Shown here in pieces: positions 55,570 to 63,933 of a stretch of 64,000 nt of DNA; position 1 is the stretch's first letter, and each line of letters opens with the position of its first letter. The DNA is from Bacteroidia bacterium (lineage in GTDB: Bacteria > Bacteroidota > Bacteroidia > Cytophagales > JAAEPT01), in assembly GCA_030431525.1 (NCBI GenBank), contig JAUIJC010000027.1, positions 4,132 through 68,131 of the forward strand, in the 5' to 3' direction. Made by a program: the position numbers and the translations under genes. The notes below the pieces were generated by a model that saw only the letters and a program-made list of their open reading frames with translations, made no database searches and was not told where the DNA came from.

Positions 55570-55843
55570 CTGTCATCCTGAGCGTTAGCGAAGGAACTGA
55601 CTAAAAACTCTTCTCTTTCAGATGCTTCATTCCTCAGCATGACAGTGCGTTGTTTAACCCCCTATTGCCAGCCATAGGGGCAGACCTGTGTGTCTGCCCA
55701 AACTCTGGGGCAACCCCACCTCTGTCCTCCCCTTATCTAAGGGGAGGAAAAACCACCATCCTACAGCCTGACAACTATAATTGGCAAATATTCTCTGTAA
55801 CATTCTCCTCCCCTTGGATAAGGGGAGGACAGAGGTGGGGTTG
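55570..55843. repeat. Cluster of unrelated palindromic repeats in the gmhB/hemY divergent intergenic region
   Basis: It contains ctgtcatcctgag...cctcagcatgacag (55570-55645), gggcagac-ctgtgt-gtctgccc (55678-55699), and two inverted copies of a ~35-bp unit ccccacctctg+tcctcccctt-N4-aaggggagga (55714-55748 and 55806-55840). Confidence 0.8.
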
Positions 55844-55897
55844 AATCCTCAGTCTTTAGGCAATAGCATAAATACCCAAAAATCCTCCCCACCTCAC

Positions 55898-55905
55898 TAT
55901 CTTTG
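55898..55905 (+). promoter_or_regulatory. Candidate -7 box TATCTTTG upstream of hemY
   Basis: Exact consensus match, 25 nt before ATG 55930. Confidence 0.45.
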
Positions 55906-55929
55906 ACAAAAGGGAAAACAACGGGAACA

Positions 55930-57246
55930 ATGAGCGCGCAACACACCTCCATCGCCATCATCGGCGCAGGCATCTCAGGCCTAAGCCTCGCCTACGAGCT
56001 TCAAAAAAAGAACATTCCTTACATGCTTTTCGAGAGCTCCGATCGTGTGGGTGGCTACATCCAAACCCAAACCATGGACGGTTGCATATTGGAGGAAGGC
56101 CCCAACTCCCTGCTTTGCGACCAAACCATGAACGCCTTTTTGGAGGAATTGGGACTTACCGAAGACATCATCGAAGCCTCAACAGTCGCCAATGACCGCT
56201 TCATCATCAAAAACGGGAAGCTCGCAAAAGTACCCGCCCATCCCGCAAAGCTCCTATTTGGAAATTTCCTCAGCTGGAAAACCAAATGGAAAATCATTCG
56301 CGAGCTGTTCAGCAAGCCACAAAGCCCTTCTGAAAACGAAACCCTCAGTGCCTTTTTCACCCGTCATTTTGGCCAAGAAGTCACCGACTACCTTGTCCGT
56401 CCATTTGTGGGAGGCATTTACGCCGGCAACCCCGACGAACTGCTCACTTCATTGAGCTTCCCCAAATTATTGGAAATGGAAGCCCAGTACGGCTCCATTC
56501 TAAAAGGCTTCGCCAAAAACAAAAGCTTGGAGCGCAGGCGCACCATCTACCTCAAAAACGGATTGCACAGCCTGCCACAGCGCATGGCCGACAAACTGGA
56601 GCACCTCCAGCTGAACTGCCCCATCCAAAAAATCACCAAGGAGGAAAACGGCTATGCGCTTGAAACAGCCGAGGGCACATTCCATTGCGAAAAAGTCGTG
56701 TTGGCCACTCCAGCCAGCACCACGGCAAAACTCCTCCCCGAGGCCTTGGAAAGCCTAAGCAGGACCTTGGAAAGCATCCCCAACCCGCCGATGGTCATTG
56801 TCCATAACCTGTACAAAGCCTCAGCGGAAACCGAAGCCCTCCAAGGCTTTGGCGCCCTGTTCCCACCCATCGAAAAACGCTTCGCCTCCGGCACCATTTG
56901 GGCCAGCTCCGTATTCTCAGGGAAATGCCCCGACGACAAATTCCTGCTAACAAGTTTTGTGGGAGGTCGCGCCAATGAAGAAAAAGCGCTACTTTCGGAA
57001 GCCGAAATCTCCGAGCGGGTGAGCAAGGAAAACTCCGAGCTCTTGGGACTTCCCGCCCCCGAAAAACAAATCCTCTTCACCTACAAGCAAACCATCCCTC
57101 AGTACACGAAGGAGGCAAAACTTGCGCAAGAAAATTTGAAAACCTTGGAGAAGGAAGGCATCTTTATCTGCTCAAACTGGAAGGGAGGCATCTCCGTTCC
57201 AGATTGTATTGCCAAGGGAAGAGCGTTGGCCAATAGCTTTTTATAG
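55930..57246 (+). CDS. hemY: Protoporphyrinogen oxidase (oxygen-dependent, FAD)
   Basis: The start was moved to ATG 55930 (MSAQHTSIAIIGAGISGLSLAYEL, a dinucleotide fold). It has HemY-like length and a C-terminal GGISVPDCI motif. A TATCTTTG -7 box lies 25 bp upstream. Confidence 0.8.
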   Translation: MSAQHTSIAIIGAGISGLSLAYELQKKNIPYMLFESSDRVGGYIQTQTMDGCILEEGPNSLLCDQTMNAFLEELGLTEDIIEASTVANDRFIIKNGKLAKVPAHPAKLLFGNFLSWKTKWKIIRELFSKPQSPSENETLSAFFTRHFGQEVTDYLVRPFVGGIYAGNPDELLTSLSFPKLLEMEAQYGSILKGFAKNKSLERRRTIYLKNGLHSLPQRMADKLEHLQLNCPIQKITKEENGYALETAEGTFHCEKVVLATPASTTAKLLPEALESLSRTLESIPNPPMVIVHNLYKASAETEALQGFGALFPPIEKRFASGTIWASSVFSGKCPDDKFLLTSFVGGRANEEKALLSEAEISERVSKENSELLGLPAPEKQILFTYKQTIPQYTKEAKLAQENLKTLEKEGIFICSNWKGGISVPDCIAKGRALANSFL

Positions 57247-57375
57247 TTCATGGTTGATAGATCATAGGTCATGGTTACAGCCCGCAACTATAAGCCATAA
57301 CGACAAAAATGTTTTTAGTTCATCCTTGAAACCACGGCTCGAACCATGAACCATCAACGATGAACCATGAACCCC
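57247..57375. repeat. Inverted pair of tandem heptamer arrays (unit GAACCAT / ATGGTTC)
   Basis: The left arm (57247-57274) is TTCATGG TTGATAG ATCATAG GTCATGG. The right arm (57341-57375) is GAACCAT GAACCAT CAACGAT GAACCAT GAACCCC. I count 22/28 complementary positions. Confidence 0.9.
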
Positions 57376-57380
57376 ATAAA

Positions 57381-58112
57381 ATGAACAACTGCCTTGTAAT
57401 CATACCGACCTACAACGAGAAGGAAAATGCGGAGCGCATCATCAGAAAAACCTTGTCGGTCGATGCCCATTTGCATATTCTCATCGTAGATGACGGGTCG
57501 CCAGACGGTACGGCTGATATCGTCAAAGCCCTACAGGCAGAATTCCCAGAGCGCCTTTTCCTGATTGAGCGAAGCGGAAAACTCGGGCTCGGAACGGCCT
57601 ACATCACCGGCTTCAAGTATGGCCTGAAAAACGGCTACGACTACATCATCGAGATGGACGCCGACTTTTCCCACAACCCCGAGGACCTGCCAAAGCTCTA
57701 CAACGCCTGTAAAAACGGCGCCGATGTGGCTGTTGGCTCACGCTATAAGGATGGCGTAAACGTCATCAACTGGCCAATGAACCGCGTGCTGATGTCCTTC
57801 TTCGCCAGCCAATACGTGCAGTTCATCACCTCCATGCCCATCAACGACGCCACCGCCGGCTTCGTCTGCTACACCAGAAAGGTATTGGAGTCACTCAACC
57901 TCGACAAAATCCGCTTTGTCGGCTACGCCTTCCAGATCGAGATGAAATTCAAATCTTGGAAAAAGGGCTTCGACGTGCAGGAGGTTCCCATCATTTTCAC
58001 AGACCGCACCGAGGGCGTTTCCAAAATGGATGTGAAAATCTTTAAGGAGGCTTTCTTTGGGGTGATTTATATGAAGATTCGGAGTTTGTTTAAGAGTCCT
58101 TCGAAGTATTGA
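57381..58112 (+). CDS. GT2 polyprenol-phosphate mannosyltransferase (Dpm1/Ppm1-like)
   Basis: MNNCLVIIPTYNEKEN...ILIVDDGSPDGT...IEMDADFSHNPEDL. I prefer the start at 57381, because the listed 57360 start lies inside a heptamer array. Confidence 0.9.
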   Translation: MNNCLVIIPTYNEKENAERIIRKTLSVDAHLHILIVDDGSPDGTADIVKALQAEFPERLFLIERSGKLGLGTAYITGFKYGLKNGYDYIIEMDADFSHNPEDLPKLYNACKNGADVAVGSRYKDGVNVINWPMNRVLMSFFASQYVQFITSMPINDATAGFVCYTRKVLESLNLDKIRFVGYAFQIEMKFKSWKKGFDVQEVPIIFTDRTEGVSKMDVKIFKEAFFGVIYMKIRSLFKSPSKY

Positions 58113-58146
58113 TTATTGCAACAATACCTTTACTTGAAACATCAAT

Positions 58147-61100
58147 ATGAAAAATCAAATTATGAACATTCTAAAAAACCTGACTTTCATTCTCCTAACA
58201 TTTAGTGTTAATCTGTCATATGCTCAATACATTCAATTTGAGCATGTACCTCCATTACAGCCATCTCCATTAAAAATCCCTGTATTTGAAGGAGTATATT
58301 CATCTTCAATAGCCTTTGCTGATATAGATGGTGATAACGATCAAGATGTTTTGATAACTGGATACAATCCTTACACAGATCAAAACATTGCGAAACTTTA
58401 CAAAAATGATGGATTGGGAGAATATTCTGAAATAGAAGAGACTCCTTTTGAGGGAGTTTTTGTCTCATCTATCGCATTTGCTGATATAGACGGAGATAAT
58501 GATCAAGACGTTCTGATAACTGGAGCAACTGGAAGTAATGATTCAGAACATATTGGGAAATTATATTCGAATGATGGATCAGGAAATTTTACTGAAATTA
58601 AAAACACTCCCTTTGAGGGAGTTTATTCCTCATCAATTGCCTTTGCTGATATAGATGGTGATAACGACCAAGATGTTCTAATTACAGGAGAAAAATCTTC
58701 AAAAGAAATCGGTTATAGAAAACGAATTACCAAACTTTATAGTAACGATGGCAAGGGAAACTATACTGAAGTTCAAAACACTCCTTTTGAAGGGGTTGCT
58801 GGCTCATCCATTGCTTTTGCTGATATAGATGGTGATAACGACCAAGATGTTCTAATTACAGGGCAAAATATCACAGGAGATAATATTGCTCAACTTTTCA
58901 GAAATAATGGAAGTGGAGACTTCTCCCTTCAGAGTAACACTCCTTTTGAAGGGGTTGCTGGCTCATCGATTGCCTTTGCTGATATAGATGGTGATAACGA
59001 CCAAGATGTTTTAATTACAGGGCTTTTTAACGCATACAGATACAACGCAAAAATTTACATCAACGATGGAACTGGGAATTATTCCCTAAAAAATGACAAT
59101 TTTTTTGAAGGTGTTCACTTTTCATCCATTGCCTTTGCTGATATAGATGGTGATAACGACCAAGATGTTCTAATTACAGGAGCTACCAAGTCAGGCGAAC
59201 GAACTTCAAAGCTCTATACCAATGATGGAACGGGCAATTTTTCCCTTGTCAGTAACACTCCCTTTGATGGCGTTGAAAAAGGATCTATTGGCTTTGCAGA
59301 TATAGATGGTGATAACGACCAAGATGTCCTAATCACGGGATATTTAGGAAAGGATGGTTCAGTTCCAGGGATTGCTCGACTTTACATTAACAATGGAATT
59401 GGTGATTATAATCTGGTGAAAGAGACTCCATTTGAAGGTACAGAAGGGGCTTCTTTTGTTTTTGCAGATATAGATGGAGATAACGACCAAGATGTATTAG
59501 TTGCAGGATTAAATTATTCGAATAAGCGGGCAACGAAACTTTATACAAACGATGGTGATGGTCACTATAATGAAGTAATAGGGACTCCTTTTGATGGAGT
59601 ATCTGGATCAATTGCTTTTGCTGATATAGATGGAGACAATGATCAGGATGTTTTAATAACTGGATTTTTGGGATATGGCGGTTCAGTTCGAGGCATTGCG
59701 AAACTTTACACCAATGATGGAACAGGTAATTTCACCATAGTAAATGGAACTCCTTTTGAGGGAGTTGCTGGGTCATCAATTGCTTTTGCTGATATCGATG
59801 GGGACAACGACCAAGATGTTTTAATCACGGGAATTAATAATTCAAATCAACGCATTGCAAAACTTTACATCAACGATGGCACTGGCACCTTTACTCTTAA
59901 AAACAACACTCCTTTTGACGGGGTAGTTGATTCATCAATTGGTTTTGCTGACATAGATGGAGATAATGATCAAGATGTTTTAATAACAGGATTTAATAAT
60001 TCATGGAAACGCACAGCAAAACTGTACACCAATGATGGAATTGGCAATTTTTCCCTTGTTAGTAACACTCCATTTGAAGGAGTTTTTTATTCATCAATTG
60101 CCTTTGCTGATATAGATGGAGACAATGACCAGGATGTTTTAATAACTGGCCAAAATGAATTAAAAGAAGAAATTGCAAATCTATACTCCAACGATGGAAC
60201 TGGTAAATACACCCTAATAAACAACACTCCTTTTGAAGAGCTTAATCTTTCATCTGTCACTTTTTCAGATATAGATAGAGATAACGACCAGGATGTTTTA
60301 ATTACGGGCTATAACCTTTCAGATCAGAGATTCTCAGGACTTTACCTCAATGATGGAAGTGGGAATTATTCCTTATTTAGGAACTCACCTTTTGATGAGT
60401 TTCCTTTTTCATCGATTGCTCTAACAGATATTGATGGAGACATGGATCAAGACATATTAATTACAGGACAAATTAGTTCACAAGTCATTTCAAGGGTTTA
60501 TAGAAACACACCTTGCTTCCCTTCTATACCATTACCAGATTTAGCTCTTTTATCAGCTATCAGTGGAGAATGTTCTGTAAATGCACCAACTGCCCCAACC
60601 GCTAATAATGGTTGTGGCATTACTATTACAGCCACAACTAATGCTACATTTCCTATCACCATTCAAGATACTACAACAATCACTTGGACTTATGATGATG
60701 GCAATGGAAATATTAACACACAAGACCAAGAGGTAATAGTTAACGATATAGTTAACCCCGTTCCAAATGTAGCTTCCTTGCCAACAATAATAAGTAAAGA
60801 AGTAGTTACACATCTAGAGCCACCCACTGCCATAGATAATTGCACTGGGACAATTACTGCAACTACCGATGCAACTTTCCCTATAACCACACAAGGGACT
60901 ACAACAGTCACTTGGAATTACAATGACGGAAATGGTAATGTATTCTCCCAAAATCAAGATGTAGTTATTGAAGGAATAACTGGTGAAATTAAAGAACAAA
61001 ATATAGGAATAACCACATACCCTAACCCAACAAATAAAAGTATTATCATTTCCTTTGAACAAGAGGAAAATGAAATTGAACTAGTACTGACCACTATTAA

Positions 61101-61236
61101 CGGTCAAGAGATTTACAAAGAACATTACAACTCTCTATCAAACACAGAAATACCTATTAATGGAGAAAGAGGTATTTATTTCTTGTTCATTAAAAGTGAT
61201 CAAGGTCAACGTATCGTGAAAATATTAAAGAACTAG
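58147..61236 (+). CDS. T9SS cargo: 14 FG-GAP/VCBS-type repeats, two HYR-like Ig domains and a type-A sorting domain
   Basis: After the signal peptide there are 14 copies of ...TPFEGV..SSIAFADIDGDNDQDVLITG...KLY.NDG.GN.... Two units then read C....AP.A.(N/D).C(G/T).IT.TT.ATFPIT.Q.TTT(I/V)TW.Y.DGNGN. The C-terminal domain is ITTYPNPTNKSIIISFE...GIYFLFIKSDQGQRIVKILKN. Confidence 0.85.
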   Translation: MKNQIMNILKNLTFILLTFSVNLSYAQYIQFEHVPPLQPSPLKIPVFEGVYSSSIAFADIDGDNDQDVLITGYNPYTDQNIAKLYKNDGLGEYSEIEETPFEGVFVSSIAFADIDGDNDQDVLITGATGSNDSEHIGKLYSNDGSGNFTEIKNTPFEGVYSSSIAFADIDGDNDQDVLITGEKSSKEIGYRKRITKLYSNDGKGNYTEVQNTPFEGVAGSSIAFADIDGDNDQDVLITGQNITGDNIAQLFRNNGSGDFSLQSNTPFEGVAGSSIAFADIDGDNDQDVLITGLFNAYRYNAKIYINDGTGNYSLKNDNFFEGVHFSSIAFADIDGDNDQDVLITGATKSGERTSKLYTNDGTGNFSLVSNTPFDGVEKGSIGFADIDGDNDQDVLITGYLGKDGSVPGIARLYINNGIGDYNLVKETPFEGTEGASFVFADIDGDNDQDVLVAGLNYSNKRATKLYTNDGDGHYNEVIGTPFDGVSGSIAFADIDGDNDQDVLITGFLGYGGSVRGIAKLYTNDGTGNFTIVNGTPFEGVAGSSIAFADIDGDNDQDVLITGINNSNQRIAKLYINDGTGTFTLKNNTPFDGVVDSSIGFADIDGDNDQDVLITGFNNSWKRTAKLYTNDGIGNFSLVSNTPFEGVFYSSIAFADIDGDNDQDVLITGQNELKEEIANLYSNDGTGKYTLINNTPFEELNLSSVTFSDIDRDNDQDVLITGYNLSDQRFSGLYLNDGSGNYSLFRNSPFDEFPFSSIALTDIDGDMDQDILITGQISSQVISRVYRNTPCFPSIPLPDLALLSAISGECSVNAPTAPTANNGCGITITATTNATFPITIQDTTTITWTYDDGNGNINTQDQEVIVNDIVNPVPNVASLPTIISKEVVTHLEPPTAIDNCTGTITATTDATFPITTQGTTTVTWNYNDGNGNVFSQNQDVVIEGITGEIKEQNIGITTYPNPTNKSIIISFEQEENEIELVLTTINGQEIYKEHYNSLSNTEIPINGERGIYFLFIKSDQGQRIVKILKN

Positions 61237-61286
61237 AGCTTAATAAAAACCTACTTGATATCTACATTTTTTCCATCTCATACCCC

Positions 61287-61326
61287 AAAGCCACAACACC
61301 TCCCCTGTTGTGGCTTTTCTTTTTTC
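61287..61326 (+). terminator. Intrinsic terminator after the FG-GAP gene
   Basis: aaagccacaaca-cctcccc-tgttgtggcttt followed by a T-rich run. Confidence 0.8.
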
Positions 61327-61381
61327 CCTAAAAAACAAGGGGTAACTTACATCAACATTCTTTTACACGCCTTTTACGCTC

Positions 61382-63052
61382 ATGTCTTTTTCAGCGAAGA
61401 AATTCACGCCTCAGAAACCTGTGGATTGGTATGACCCTCGGCAATTGGCCAAAACAGGGCTTCAGACGGTCATCTCCTCCATTTTCGGGAACTTCAACGA
61501 CAAGCGGGAAACGCAGGGTTTGATGGATCCTGAGGGGAAACCCTATGATTACAGTGAAGGGAAAGAGGAGCTTTGGTTCGATTACATTTCCGATACGGGC
61601 GACGGCTTTGACAGCACTTTTTCCATGGCCAAGCTTTTGACCTCCAAGGATATTGAGGTGGATGGAAAACGGCTTCCGCGCGGTGAGCTGTTGATTATGG
61701 GGGGCGATCAGGTGTATCCAGTCGCCAGTCGGGATGAATATGACAACCGCTTGATTGGGCCCTATGCCACGGCCTTCCCAAAGGATGAAACGGATGCCAA
61801 GGCGCCTCATATTTTCGCCATTCCCGGCAACCATGACTGGTACGATGGGCTGACGAATTTCCTGAAGGTTTTTTGCCAGAAACGGAACATTGGCAATTGG
61901 CGCAGTCAGCAACGCCGAAGTTATTTCGCGCTGAAGCTCCCACATAAGGTTTGGGTGTTCGGCGTGGATGTCCAGCTGAATTCGGACATCGACTACAACC
62001 AAGTGCAGTATTTCAAGGGGCTCTTGCAAAATGAGGTGGCGCCCGACAGCCATATCATTCTGTGCACCGCCGAGCCGTCGTGGGTATTTGCCACCGCCAA
62101 AAAGAATGCTTCGTTCCGAAACCTTCGGTATTTGGAAAAGCTGATTGCTGGAAAGGTAGAAATTCCGAATGAATCACCCCTTCCAAAACAGCATCAGGTG
62201 CTGACACTTTCTGGCGACTTGCATCATTATTCGCGGTATTCCTCGGAAACGCACGGCCAGTACATCACCTCGGGCGGTGGCGGGGCGTTCCTGCATCCCA
62301 CGCATACTTTGCCAGACAATATTTCATTGGAATCGGGTGCCAGTCTGAAACAGGAAAAGGTGTGGCCCGAAAAGGATACCTCCAAAAAACTGTTGGCGGG
62401 CAACTTGTTGTTTCCCTTTACCAGCTGGAAAATGACGGCGCTTTTTGGAGTGATTCACCTGATTGTGGGCTGGATGCTCTACCTAAAAACCAAGGTGGAG
62501 CTTGACGGCTTTGGCGAGGCGCTATTCCATAGCCCTACAAGCATGCTTTATCTTGGATTGGTGCTGTTCGGTATTATTGCCTTCACGGACACTCGGCCTT
62601 ATGGCAACAAGGTGAAAGGCCCGTGGTTTTATAAATGCTTTGGAGGGATTCATGCGGTCCTTCAGGCTGGGCTGATTCTGCTGACCGCTTGGGCAACGCT
62701 TGACCTTTGTCCCTTGCTCAGAGGGGAACATGTATGGTGGGAAGTGGTGCTTTCTGGCTTGGTGCTTTTGATTGGCGGAGGGTTGCTATCCAGTTTTGTT
62801 TTTGGCGTTTACTTGGCCTTATCCAATCTGATTTTGGGCAATCACAACACGGAGGCGTTTTCCTCGCTTCGCATCAAAGGCTACAAGAATTTCTTGCGGA
62901 TTCACCTTTCCAAAAAGGGTATTCGCATTTATCCGATTGGAGTGAAGAATGTGCCGGATTATGATCATGGTGCATCGGGGGAGGCATTGAGGAATGAGGT
63001 TTTACCTGTGTGTGAATTGATTGAGGAGGTTGGGGTGATTGGTTTGAGGTAA
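61382..63052 (+). CDS. Calcineurin-like metallophosphoesterase fused to a C-terminal polytopic membrane domain
   Basis: SDTGDG..., MGGDQVYP, IPGNHDWYDGL, GDLHHYSRY and GGGGAFLHPTH are metallophosphoesterase motifs. They are followed by ~5 hydrophobic helices (LFGVIHLIVGWMLYL, YLGLVLFGIIAF, GGIHAVLQAGLILLTAWA, VVLSGLVLLIGGGLLSSFVFGVYLAL). Confidence 0.75.
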   Translation: MSFSAKKFTPQKPVDWYDPRQLAKTGLQTVISSIFGNFNDKRETQGLMDPEGKPYDYSEGKEELWFDYISDTGDGFDSTFSMAKLLTSKDIEVDGKRLPRGELLIMGGDQVYPVASRDEYDNRLIGPYATAFPKDETDAKAPHIFAIPGNHDWYDGLTNFLKVFCQKRNIGNWRSQQRRSYFALKLPHKVWVFGVDVQLNSDIDYNQVQYFKGLLQNEVAPDSHIILCTAEPSWVFATAKKNASFRNLRYLEKLIAGKVEIPNESPLPKQHQVLTLSGDLHHYSRYSSETHGQYITSGGGGAFLHPTHTLPDNISLESGASLKQEKVWPEKDTSKKLLAGNLLFPFTSWKMTALFGVIHLIVGWMLYLKTKVELDGFGEALFHSPTSMLYLGLVLFGIIAFTDTRPYGNKVKGPWFYKCFGGIHAVLQAGLILLTAWATLDLCPLLRGEHVWWEVVLSGLVLLIGGGLLSSFVFGVYLALSNLILGNHNTEAFSSLRIKGYKNFLRIHLSKKGIRIYPIGVKNVPDYDHGASGEALRNEVLPVCELIEEVGVIGLR

Positions 63053-63077
63053 TAGTTAGGTCTGAATAATGGACTGC

Positions 63078-63203
63078 GTAGCGACGCTTTGAAAGCGTCG
63101 ACACTAATTTGCCTTTGGCAAATTACATTCACCCTATCACCATATAATCAGTTTTCAATCCGACTTCGTCGTATTGGTTTCGACGCTTTCAAAGCGTCGC
63201 TAC
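63078..63203. repeat. Inverted pair of self-palindromic 24-mers (gtagcgacgctttgaaagcgtcga) flanking a spacer with an aatttgcc/ggcaaatt hairpin
   Basis: 63078-63101 and 63180-63203 are reverse complements. The inner hairpin is at 63106-63124. Confidence 0.85.
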
Positions 63204-63243
63204 ACAGCCAGTAGTTTGGCCAATTGAATTGAAAAAATTGCTT

Positions 63244-63303
63244 GTAGGGGCAGATCTGTGTGTCCACCCGTTGCATTAGGGCAGACACACAGGTCTGCCC
63301 CTA
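63244..63303. repeat. 21-bp inverted repeat gtaggggcagatctgtgtgtc / gacacacaggtctgcccctac
   Basis: One mismatch. It is related to the gggcagacctgtgtgtctgccc palindrome at 55678 and ends 20 nt before the GNAT ATG. Confidence 0.85.
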
Positions 63304-63322
63304 CCACATAACTTTTAAAACC

Positions 63323-63769
63323 ATGATTACCATCAAACCAGCTGAATTGAATGATTTGGACGCACTGGCAATACTTTTTGACGGCTACCGCGTCTTTTAT
63401 GAACAAAAATCCGATGTGTCAGCAGGCAAAGAATTCCTTCAGGAGCGCCTGAAAAATGGAGAGTCTAAGATTTTTGTTGCGCTTAACGGAGCAGGAAAAA
63501 TGACTGGCTTTGTCCAGCTCTACCCAATTTTTTCCAGCACCCGAATGAAAAGGCTTTGGTTGTTGAATGACCTTTTTGTGGACCCCGATTTCCGTGGGCA
63601 AGGCATTTCAAAAGCCTTAATTGAAGAGGCCAAAAAACTGTGCGTTGATTCGGAAAGTTGCGGGATGATTCTGGAAACGGCTAAAAGCAATGAAGTCGGG
63701 AATTCCTTATACCCAAGAACTTCCTTTGTTCTGGACAAGGAGCACAACTATTACTTTTGGGATAACTGA
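63323..63769 (+). CDS. GNAT family N-acetyltransferase
   Basis: The start was moved to ATG 63323 (MITIKPAELNDLDAL...). It has the acetyl-CoA motif FVDPDFRGQGISKALIEEA. The track start at 63260 reads through a palindromic repeat. Confidence 0.85.
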   Translation: MITIKPAELNDLDALAILFDGYRVFYEQKSDVSAGKEFLQERLKNGESKIFVALNGAGKMTGFVQLYPIFSSTRMKRLWLLNDLFVDPDFRGQGISKALIEEAKKLCVDSESCGMILETAKSNEVGNSLYPRTSFVLDKEHNYYFWDN

Positions 63770-63802
63770 GTTAATCCCACATGATTGGAATTACATGGGC
63801 TG

Positions 63803-63933
63803 TCACCTGCCAACCTGCCTGCCGGTAGGCGGGCAGTCGGAGGCTTTGGCAGTGTGAACCACAAAAAAAGAGCTGTTATTTATACCACACTGCCAAAGTT
63901 TTCAACGGTTGGCAGGTGATATAAATAACAGCT
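63803..63933. repeat. Three perfect 13-14-bp complementary pairs arranged in interleaved (pseudoknot-like) order
   Basis: P is 63803-15/63907-19, Q is 63844-56/63886-98 and R is 63871-84/63920-33. Confidence 0.85.

Noticed and set aside
55650-55973. Two ORFs (64 and 70 aa) in the gmhB-hemY spacer
   Set aside because: They are translations of palindromic repeats (..GADLCVCP.., ..PPLSSPY(L/P)RGG..), readable on both strands because the DNA is palindromic.
58270-60450. Regularly spaced ~50-nt near-identical repeats that could superficially resemble a CRISPR array
   Set aside because: The spacing is irregular (~200-235 bp). The repeats and the 'spacers' form one continuous ORF encoding FG-GAP repeats. 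No cas genes are present.
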